Positions 7,833 through 16,865 of a stretch of 64,000 nt of DNA are shown piece after piece. Source of the stretch: Terriglobia bacterium. GTDB lineage: Bacteria > Acidobacteriota > Terriglobia > JAJPHL01 > JAPKYU01. Location of the stretch: contig CBDBKE010000003.1 in assembly GCA_965206645.1 (NCBI GenBank), positions 288,001 through 352,000 of the forward strand. Reading direction: 5' to 3'. Each line of letters opens with the position of its first letter. Within the stretch, counting starts at the first letter, position 1. The position numbers and the translations under genes were made by a program. The notes beneath the pieces were generated by a model. It was not told the DNA's origin, made no database searches, and saw only the letters and a list, made by a program, of their open reading frames with translations.

Positions 7833-10334
7833 GCTCAGTTAGCTCGGTATGTTCGGCGCGACGACCTGGACCGCTTTCGACAGGTTGTGCTTGATGTCCT
7901 CAGCGTACCCGATCCGCAATTTGACCTGCCGCTTGAGGAGCGCTGGAGTGCTGGTGTCCATGGCCAAGTGCCCGCACACTCATCCGGCTTGTGTGAAGGA
8001 CTGGCGGCGACGTTGGCAATCATGGGAGCGCGCGAAGAGGTTCCCACGGTTGCAGGAGGAGTGACCTTGCGCCAGCAAGCCGAGTCGATCGTAAATGAGC
8101 TACTTGGCCGCGCAAATCAGGACATGAGACTCTGGCTTTCCCTTAGCCATGTGCTTCCCTTGCTGGCCGAGGCAGCCCCGGACGTGTTCCTGGAAGCGGT
8201 AGAAGACGGACTCAACGGTGACAACCCTGTGGTTATGGAGCTTTTTGTCGAAGCCCCAGGTCCATTGTTTGGGTCGGCCCACCATACGGGACTCTTGTGG
8301 GCACTCGAGTCGCTCGCTTGGAGTCCGGATCATCTTGCTCGTGCGGCGCTCGTCCTTGCGACCCTGGCACGCCGGGATCCTGGGGGTCAGTGGGCGAACC
8401 GGCCTGCGGAGAGTCTGCGGGGGGTCTTCTTGCCATGGTCGCCTCAGACGACGGCGAGGGTGGAAAAGCGGATGAGTATCATTGATCGACTACGGGAGCG
8501 CACACCCGACGTTAGTTGGAAGTTGATGAAAGAACTCTTACCTGAGACACATGGCACCGGCCATTTCTCAGCGAAACCACAGTGGCGAGATTGGGCTCCC
8601 GACGAGGGTCCGCAAGTCACACGCGGGGAGTTGTTTGAAGTAACGAAGGAAGTCCTGCAGCGATTGCTTGAGGACGTTGGGGCGCTGAGGTCGCGCTGGG
8701 AGGATTTGATCCGTGCTCTCGCGGATCTGCCACTCGAGTTGTATCAAATGATCGTTGAACGCCTCGGTAGTCTCGACGCGGATGCTCTAGAGGAGGAAAG
8801 TCGCGTTCGGATTTGGTCTGCGCTTCGCACGCTTCTCTCGCATCATCGGTCCTTTTCCGATGCACAGTGGGCGCTTCCTGCGGATCGCCTTGACCAGCTT
8901 GATGATTTGTTGGAGCGTTTTGCTCCGGAGGATTTCTCCGATCGTTTTGGTTGGCTGTTCGCCGACCACATAGAGCTTCCTGAAGGCATGGAGCAGGACT
9001 GGGATGCGAAAGAACACGCTGTGGAAGCTGCACGGCTCGACGCTGTCAGAAAGATCCATGGGGAGCGCGGTCTGAAAGGGCTTCTCGCGTTGGTGCCTTC
9101 ACTTGAGCGCGCGTGCTGGTTGGGAGCCACGCTGGTCAAGGGCGATCTTGTCGGTGAGCATGAGGAGAACGCGATCTTATCGGAATACTTGGCCCATGAG
9201 GACAGCAAGAAATCGGATTTCGTGCAAGGTTTAGTGTTCGAACGAACCCGTACGCGTGGCATCGAGTGGGTGCGAGCGAAGGTCCTTGGTCCCGGCCAGG
9301 GTTGGGCTGCCAAACAGCGTGGAGTGTTTTTGAGGCATGTGCAGCCTCAACCAGCAGCCTGGGATCTCGTATCCCAGCTCGGTGCAGAAACTGAGAAAGA
9401 GTACTGGCGGGCGATGGTTCCATGGAGATTCGAAAAGAAACATTACAACGATTACCTCGTGCGGAAACTGTTGGAGCATAATTGGCCATTTACCGCCACT
9501 CAGGTGCTCCATGCGGGTCTTCGAAATGAGGCCGATGTTTCCCAGTCTCTTATCGCGGATGTCCTTGAGGCAGCCATCCGTGCAGACCCCCAAAGGGATC
9601 ACTACGGGCATTCGTTCTCCTTTTGCGCCGCGCAGTTGCTCGACCGGCTGGTTTCAGGGGAAGTGGCCGAAGAACGCATCGCCCGCATCGAATGGGCCTA
9701 CCAGCCGTTACTGCGGTCTGATCGCGAACCGAAGTTTCTTCAAGGGGAACTCGGTCGCAGTCCGTCGTTTTTCGCCGAGATTGTGTCGCTTATCTATTGT
9801 GCTGAAGGTGAAGAGCCCGGCGCTGTATCAGAAGAACGGAGGAATATGGCGCGTCTTGGCCACGACCTCCTGGACTCTTGGCATACGCCTCCGGGCTCGA
9901 CAGAAGATGGCTACGTTAATGCGCAGGAACTGCGCGAATGGATCGACCACGCTCGTCGTCTTGTTGCGGAGGGTGGACGTGGAGCGATCGGCGATGAAGT
10001 GATCGGGAGAGTGTTAAGTGGTTCGCCAAGAGGACAGGACGGCACGTGGCCCGTGGAAGCGATTCGTAACGTCATTGAAGATGTTGCAAATAGGGATTTG
10101 GAACGTGGCTTTGAGGTCGGAACCTTTAATGGCCGAGGTGTGGTAAGAAAGAATCCGGCTGAGGGCGGAGAACAGGAGCGTCAATTGACAAAGCGATACG
10201 AGAAGCATGCGGAAGCGGTGGGCGACCGGTGGCCGCGGACTGCCGCCATGCTGCGAAGGATAGCGGAGACGTATCGGACGGAGGCCCGCAGAGAGGACGA
10301 TCAGTCGGAACTGATGGGAAATCTTGATCAGTAG
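7833..10334 (+). pseudogene. 5'-truncated large alpha-helical protein (~830 aa remain), possibly defence-associated
   Basis: Long open frame whose start lies inside the MITE. It carries LPLLAEAAPDVFL, GLLWALESLAW and the C-terminal GGEQERQL...RWPRTAAMLRRIAE, which I recall from ~1250-aa HTH/ATPase proteins (not verified). Confidence 0.6.
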
Positions 10335-10659
10335 TGCCACTTGACCTTCGACGGCTTGAACATGAGCACTGGAGAAGCGAATTGTATTGCCGCCTAATCA
10401 ACGAAATCTCGAAACACTTGGCGATAGGGGTTGGGTGGTTCATACTCGTGGATTTGGAGAGTCCTGGTTTCCGGAAATTCTTATATCTGACTTATGTAGC
10501 CACCTAGCTTGGAAAGAACTCATGCCCCAGAGTGAACGGGTTCTAAACCCGTATTTTCGATTTGATTCCGACATTTCAACATTGCAGAGAACTTCAGCGT
10601 CCCTATTGATAGGGGCTCAAGCACCATCAAAGTGCCATGGAGCTCAAGCACCTAATGGG

Positions 10660-10838
10660 TGCGGTCGCCTTGCCATCGTCTGCGGAGCAGGCCGCTATCG
10701 TTGCGTACGTCGATCATGCCGTCGCCGATGTAGCAACATCTACAGACCGCGCGGGGTGGCAGGTCGACCTCATCCGGGAATACCACACACGCCTCATCGC
10801 GGACGTAGTCACCGGCAAGCTCGATGTTCGAGAGGCGG
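10660..10838 (+). pseudogene. hsdS: Type I R-M specificity subunit, C-terminal relic
   Basis: LPSSAEQAAIVAYVD...LIREYHTRLIADVVTGKLDVRE is the conserved HsdS C-terminal helix. Confidence 0.75.
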
Positions 10839-11728
10839 TCGAGTTCTGGTTCCGGCCTGTGGCCGCCGCCAGTGGTCGGCACCGGCTCGATCTCAGCGTC
10901 CTCGTCCGCCAGCAGGACGTGTATCGCCACCTTCTTCTCGACCCGGTAGCTGTCCATGTCGATGGACTCAAGGATGCCTTTGGACAGATCCTTTTCCACG
11001 GGCGCGGGGAGCTTTGGCACGAGGAAGTTCAGGAAGATGGAGAGCTTCTCCCACTCGGCGTTCGTGTAAGGCAGGATCGAAGCGAGGAAGCCGTACCCGT
11101 GCACGAACGCCTTGGCCTTGCCCTTGAAGTCCACCTGCCCGTCCTCGTCGAGTTGCTCCTTGTAGACCGCAACACAGGCGTCGAGGATGGGGTCGGACTG
11201 GTCGCGGTCGGCCCCACCCAGGTAGAGCGTCACGAGTCGCTCGATCTCCGCGTCTGCATACACCTGATAGCCGTCGAGTTCAACCTTGAGGTCGTGCAGC
11301 TTGTTGGGATCCGTCTTCTCGCTAAGGATCGTCGCCCGGTAGTAGTCAGCGAACACCTCCCGAACGGTATCGGAACCGTTCATGAAGTCGAGCACAAACG
11401 CGTCATGTTTCTGCGGGTGCGCCCGATTGAGACGCGACAGCGTCTGGACCGCCTTTATCCCGGACAAGATCTTGTCCACGCACATTGTGTGCAACAGCGG
11501 CTCGTCGTAGCCGGTCTGGAACTTGTCGGCACAAATGAGTAACCGTTACGGGTCCTGCTGGATCTCGTCGGCGATGCGCCTGGAAGGGAAGCCATTGAGG
11601 GCCACCTCACTGACCTGCAACCCGCCAAACTCGTGCTCGCCTGAGAAGGCGACGATGGCCTGATACGTGCTCTTGCGCTCCAGCAGGTACTGCCGGATCG
11701 CGTGGTAATACTGGATCGCGAGATCGAT
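10823..11728 (-). pseudogene. hsdR: Type I R-M restriction subunit, internal relic
   Basis: AIVAFSG, ICADKFQTGYDEPLLHTM and AVQTLSRLNR helicase motifs; in-frame TAA at 11546-11548; both ends lost. Confidence 0.85.
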
Positions 11729-11825
11729 GTCACAATGAACCCGACGCGCGGGTACAACTGACCTGACCGGCACTTTTTGTACCAAGTGGAAAGAGAGAGA
11801 ATCCACTTGAGAAGGAAGTGAGGTC

Positions 11826-12104
11826 ATGCCGACAAGGAGTTACAAGCCGGAGCAGATTGTAGCGGTGCTACGGCAGATAGAAGTGCAGATGGGGAACGGG
11901 AAGACTGCGCCCCAAGCCTGCAAAGAAGCTGGAATCCACACCCAAACCTACTACCGGTGGCGGAAGGAATACGGCGGGCTGAAGGTGGTGCAGGCAAAAC
12001 GGCTGAAGGAGTTGGAGAAGGAAAACACGCGGCTGAAGCGGTTGGTAGCGGAGCTTTCTCTGGAGAAGCAGGTGCTGCGGGATGTGGCACAGGGAAACTT
12101 CTGA
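11826..12104 (+). CDS. IS3 transposase OrfA
   Basis: YKPEQIV...TYYRWRKEYGG...RLKELEKEN. Confidence 0.9.
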   Translation: MPTRSYKPEQIVAVLRQIEVQMGNGKTAPQACKEAGIHTQTYYRWRKEYGGLKVVQAKRLKELEKENTRLKRLVAELSLEKQVLRDVAQGNF

Positions 12105-12970
12105 GCCCTGAGCGGCGGCGTTGTGCGGTGGAGCGTGCGTGGGAGCAACACGGGTTGTCGGAACGGCATGCCTGCCGGCTGCTGGGGCAATGGCGAGGGA
12201 CACAACGATACGAGCCGATTCATCGGGTGGACGAGGATGCTCTGACCCGAGCGATCATTGCCCTGGGAGCGAAGTACGGGCGATATGGCTACCGGAGGAT
12301 CACAGCGTTGCTGCGGAGTGCGGGCTGGGAAGTGGGCAAGGACCGGGTGCAGCGGATTTGGCGGCGGGAAGGGCTGAAAGTGCCGCAAAAACAAAGGCCG
12401 CGAGGACGGCTGTGGCTGAACGACGGTTCCTGTGTACGACTGAGGCCGGAGCGACCGAACCACGTGTGGAGCTACGACTTCATGAGTGCCAGAACGCACG
12501 AGGGGAGAACGCTGCGGCTGCTGACCTTGCTGGATGAGTACACGCGGGAATGCCTGGCGATCCGGGTGGAGCGGAGGATGGGCAGCCAACAAATCATTGA
12601 GGCGTTGTCGGACGTGATGTTGTGGCGAGGGATACCGGAACAGATTCGATCCGACAATGGTCCCGAGTTCATCGCCAAACAACTGCGCCAGTGGTTGGCA
12701 AATCTAGGGACCGGGACACTGTACATCGAACCGGGCAGTCCCTGGGAGAACGGGTACTGCGAGAGTTTCAATGGGAAGCTGCGGGACGAATGCCTGAATG
12801 GAGAGATCTTCTACTCGTTGAAGGAGGCACAGGTGGTGATTGAACAGTGGAGGGTGCAATACAACACGGTGCGGCCGCACTCGGCGCTCGGCTATAGGCC
12901 CCCGGCGCCGGGGGCCTATAGCCATCCCCTGCCACTGAAACCAGTTTCACAGCCCCAGGCTGCGATGTGA
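12101..12970 (+). CDS. IS3 transposase OrfB (probably expressed by -1 frameshift)
   Basis: YGRYGYRRI, WSYDFM and IRSDNGPEF; start approximate. Confidence 0.88.
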   Translation: MSPERRRCAVERAWEQHGLSERHACRLLGQWRGTQRYEPIHRVDEDALTRAIIALGAKYGRYGYRRITALLRSAGWEVGKDRVQRIWRREGLKVPQKQRPRGRLWLNDGSCVRLRPERPNHVWSYDFMSARTHEGRTLRLLTLLDEYTRECLAIRVERRMGSQQIIEALSDVMLWRGIPEQIRSDNGPEFIAKQLRQWLANLGTGTLYIEPGSPWENGYCESFNGKLRDECLNGEIFYSLKEAQVVIEQWRVQYNTVRPHSALGYRPPAPGAYSHPLPLKPVSQPQAAM

Positions 12971-13008
12971 ACTCTCACTACGGTTGGTACAAAAAATCGG
13001 TCTGGTCA

Positions 13009-14085
13009 CCGTGTGGTCCGTTTGTCGCAGGCCTCATAGGGCGTCGCCGGCAGGGGCAGCAGCCTCTGTTGATCCTTCGCGAACCGCTCGCCGATCGTCT
13101 CTTGATGTCCTCGCAGACGCCGCTCTCGCCGCCGGGTGCACTGTTCCCGCAGCTTCGCGTGCAACTCCTCCCAGCTGGCACACCGCGGCACCGGCACCAG
13201 GAAGTTCCGCCGCACGTAACCCACTAGTCCTTCCACTTTCCCTTTGTCATTGCCCTTGCCCGGTCGTCCGAACTTCTCCGCAAACAGGTAGTGACTCTGC
13301 AGTTCGGAGAACGCCCGCGTCTTGTTCCGTGTTCCGTCACCCAGGATCTGCCTCACCGCCAGCTTGGTGTTGTCGTACAGGATCGTGCGAGGCACTCCGC
13401 CGAAGTAGCCGAACGCCTGGTTGTGCCCTTCTAAGAACGCTTCGGTCGTCTCAGCCGGAAACGCCATCACGAAGCAGTCGTCCGATTGCGGCAGCTCCAT
13501 CACGAAATAGTGCGCCTTGCGCTCCACCCCGCCGATCACCACTTGCGCTTCGCCAAAGTCGGCCTGGGCCTCCCCCGGTGGATGCTCCAGCGGCACGAAC
13601 ATCTCCCGCTGGCTCAGCTTCCGCAGCCGCACGTAGTCCTTCACGATGGTGTAGCCGCCCGGGAATCCGTGCTCCTCCCGCAGCCGCTCAAAAACCCGCT
13701 TGGCCGTGTGGCGTTGCTTCTTGCTCTGGGCCTTATCTTGCTCCAGGATCTGGTCGATGATCCCCACCCAGGCATCCAGCTTCGGCCGCCGCGCCGGCTG
13801 CTGCCGCCGATAGCCCGGAGGGATCGAGTACCGCAGCATCTTGCGGACCGTCTCGCGGGCTAGCCCGAACTGCCGCGCCGCCTCCCGTTCACTGATCCCC
13901 TCAGCCTGAACTGCTCGTCGAACACGCGCATAGAGTTCCACTGTGTGCACACCTCCGGCGTTTCACAAAACACATCAGAATCACAATGTTTGATGGAATC
14001 GAACTGCGCTGGTCTAATTTTGCACCGCCAGAAACCGCCGCTTACGCGGCGCTCCCTGGTCTATTATTGCTCCGGCGTTCATACA
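13009..14085 (-). mobile_element. istA: IS21-family element, truncated (istA 5' part 13009-13950; istB absent)
   Basis: GEAQADFG, ILYDN and KGKVEGLVGYVRRNF motifs; left end TGTATGAACGCC with a repeated TAGACCAG motif; cut by IS3. Confidence 0.88.
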
Positions 14086-14327
14086 CTTCCCCGTGACAGG
14101 AAGTCCACGCGGCTGTCGCTCTGTCCCTGATTCGCTTCAAAGCTCAGGGGCAGCTTGCCGTACGCCTCCACGACCTGCGGCTTGTTCGCCTTTGCGATCT
14201 TCGCCGACGAGTTTGGCTTGTGCTCAAGGCCAGACCCGGACCCCAGCTCCACCACAGCGGTGCCTAGCAGCCCAAGCGCTAGAAGCGCCATTCCCGGTCT
14301 TGCACTACGAAGCAAGGTCCTGCGCAT
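14086..14327 (-). pseudogene. N-terminus of a secreted SBBP/beta-propeller repeat surface protein, truncated by IS21
   Basis: Signal-like segment followed by YGKLPLSFEANQGQSDSRVDFLSRG, the typical N-terminal motif of SBBP-repeat proteins. Confidence 0.75.
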
Positions 14328-14398
14328 GGCTATCCCCCTCGGAGGTGAAAGACCAAAGATTATCGCCTGCCGGGTCGCATGTCCAGGAAAGCCTGATT

Positions 14399-14577
14399 AG
14401 GTCTCCACTTACGGCTAGCGTTTGTCAATCCCGGTTTCAGTTGGCCGTGTAGTCGGCTTACCGGAAACTGACCCTCTACGCCCGCCTGGGTGGTGGGTCA
14501 GTTTCCGATAAGGGCGTTATACATCCAAGTGGGCTGCGTGGCAGCATAGGCAAACACTAACCGACTAGTGGAGACCT
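14399..14577. repeat. Nested inverted repeats (outer ~27 bp, inner 18 bp)
   Basis: Outer arms AGGTCTCCACTTACGGCTAGCGTTTG and CAAACACTAACCGACTAGTGGAGACCT. Inner arms CTTACCGGAAACTGACCC (14457-14474) and GGGTCAGTTTCCGATAAG (14495-14512). Confidence 0.75.
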
Positions 14578-14819
14578 ATCCAGGGAAACTTGACTAAATG
14601 TCTACGGCTCAGACACTTGAAGCCGCTATGGAGCCTGGCAACTGGACGAAATCAATTCATTGCCAGATGCGGATTTCGCGAGGGGAATCGAGCGCCTGCA
14701 CGATTGCGCCCGTCATTAGTCCGCCCCCGCAGGCAAGTCAACGCGAGCGCGGCCTACTCCGAGAAGTCTAGGCGGTGCAGGAGGGAGTGGAAGCGAGGGT
14801 GGGGGTACACGCGGTCGAA

Positions 14820-16508
14820 TCAGGGGTCCACTTTAAGCTTGACTGGGCCGCGGTCTCGCTCCTTAGAGGCGTGATCCTGCCAAGCAGACGCCCGGTCCTT
14901 CTCGCCTAAGGCACCTTCCGGCTGCTGCCACGGCCCCCGCGGCACTTTCAACTCCGGCATGGGGGCCGCCTGAAACAATCGTCGGCAGGGTTTCGCCAGC
15001 CACCGCGCCCACTTAGCGGCGCGATTCACCTGGGCGCTGTCGGCGGCGATGCCGGTGTTGGCGTACATCTGTCGGTAGAGTTTTGAAATCAACACAAAAG
15101 TAAGCCGGGCCCGTAGGGACCTTATGAAGAGGGATCGCTTCCAAATCGATCGCAAGCGATAAAAACGGTCCCAAACATCCTGGGTGCGCCGACGGATCTC
15201 GTCGGCGGACATGACCGGATGGGACATGTACATCTTCGGTCGAAGAGCCTGGGGAATCAGCCAGTAGCGCGTCAGCGGGATGCCGGCAATCCGGGTGGTA
15301 TTGCTCTCCATCTTCTTTTCCCAGCGCTGGAAATCCACCGTTCCGGGGAAAGGCGTCAACAACACGAACTGCGCAAACGTCACCTCGGCCTCCTGTGCCA
15401 GAGCGGCGGTAGCCTCAAAGGTATCCGGCCGGTCGGTGGGGAGCCCAAAGATGAATGAGCCCAGGACGTGTACACCGTGTTCCCGAAAAGTGCCGAGCTG
15501 ACGAACCAGGCTGTCGCCCGCGGAGTTGAACTCCTTGTGGACAGCCTTCAGTCCTTCCGGGGTGACCGATTCAACTCCCACCAGCGCTCCCTTGATCTTG
15601 GCTCTGCGCATTGCCTCTAGGAATTCGGGATCGTCTGCCGCCTCCATGGTGATTTGCGTGAAGAACACCATGTCCTTGGGCAGCTCCGCCAGGCGCGCCA
15701 TCAATTCGAACCGTTCTTCGCGCAGGGCCAGCAGCTCGCTCAGCCGTTGTTGGTTGTTCTGACGCTCGGCCAGTCTCAGGTCCTCAAGTGTAACCGGATA
15801 AAAGTTGTCGTCGGCGAGCGCAATGAACCGAAACCCCCGGCGGCGTAGTTCGACAATTTCCTGAATGACCACGTCCGAAACACGCTGGCGTGGGCGCTGG
15901 CCGTCCGTACGCCAGACCGAACAAAACGAGCAGTGCTTCGGGCATCCGCGTACGGTTTGGACCGAGGCCCACATGTATCTATCGGGCGGCAGCAACTCCC
16001 AACGCGCTGGCAGGAACTGGTCGGCCTCGATGCGCCCGCCCTCGTAGAGGTGCTGGGGCCCTCCGTTCGTGCAATCGGCCAACACCCTCGCCCAAACCAC
16101 GTCTCCATCGCCTTTCACCACCGCGTGTGCACCTCCTAACTCGTACGCTTCCTCCGGGTAGAGGCTGGTGTGAATGCCACCGAAGATCACGTAAGCTCCG
16201 CGTTCACGAGCCATCTGCCCTACTTCGTAGCCGCGCAGAGCATTGCCGCTATGGATCCCGATTCCAACCACGTCGCCCGGTTTGATCTCCGTGAAGTAGG
16301 TTGGCTCGAGCGATTCGTCGACAAGTAGGGGGTCTCCGAAGGCGTGTGGGGTAGCAGCAGCAATTACGTAGAGCCATCGTGGCGTAATAACGCCTATACC
16401 AAACGATAAGTGATTTGGATTGACCAAGTGCACACGCACGGAGCTATTCTTCTCCCCTGAAATCCGATTCTGAACAGGAATTTCCGATTCCAACTTTACC
16501 TTTAACAT
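14820..16508 (-). CDS. B12-binding domain radical SAM protein
   Basis: QTVRGCPKHCSFC (CxxxCxxC), N-terminal B12 domain with IFGGIH, and DDNF; start could be 16508 or GTG 16439. Confidence 0.88.
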   Translation of the reverse strand: MLKVKLESEIPVQNRISGEKNSSVRVHLVNPNHLSFGIGVITPRWLYVIAAATPHAFGDPLLVDESLEPTYFTEIKPGDVVGIGIHSGNALRGYEVGQMARERGAYVIFGGIHTSLYPEEAYELGGAHAVVKGDGDVVWARVLADCTNGGPQHLYEGGRIEADQFLPARWELLPPDRYMWASVQTVRGCPKHCSFCSVWRTDGQRPRQRVSDVVIQEIVELRRRGFRFIALADDNFYPVTLEDLRLAERQNNQQRLSELLALREERFELMARLAELPKDMVFFTQITMEAADDPEFLEAMRRAKIKGALVGVESVTPEGLKAVHKEFNSAGDSLVRQLGTFREHGVHVLGSFIFGLPTDRPDTFEATAALAQEAEVTFAQFVLLTPFPGTVDFQRWEKKMESNTTRIAGIPLTRYWLIPQALRPKMYMSHPVMSADEIRRRTQDVWDRFYRLRSIWKRSLFIRSLRARLTFVLISKLYRQMYANTGIAADSAQVNRAAKWARWLAKPCRRLFQAAPMPELKVPRGPWQQPEGALGEKDRASAWQDHASKERDRGPVKLKVDP

Positions 16509-16865
16509 ACAATCATACGCCAGTCGCCCTCTTGTGCCAAGCTCACATCGCCATGGCCGCGATGGGGGGGAATCCCGGCTCGTTTTGGCAGTTCGGATGC
16601 TGCGATCATCCCGGCGGTCGACCGTTGTCCACACAAACGTCCACACGGAAAAGTCGGAAGCCCCTCCTTAAGCTTGCCCCTCGGCTCCTCGTTGAAAAAA
16701 CTTCTTCTCGAACTCCTCGCTGGGTGTTATCTTCCTCTGCATTCGGGTGTCCCTCCTTCTCGATAAGTGTTTTTGCAGGACAACTTCATTGAAAAGGGGT
16801 TATACACCGGGCTCCTTTTACAGGAAGATTAAGACATCAGCGTTGATCCAACAGGAGGAGGAACT

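Larger units (their letters stand above)
11759..13008 (+). mobile_element. IS3-family element type A, copy 2 (1250 bp)
   Basis: TIRs TGACCTGACCGGCACTTTTTGTACCAA and reverse complement TGACCAGACCGATTTTTTGTACCAA; GGGAAAC slippery site; no target duplication. Confidence 0.95.

Noticed and set aside
10637-11542. 301-aa plus-strand ORF as an intact gene
   Set aside because: Chimaera of an hsdS tail and antisense hsdR
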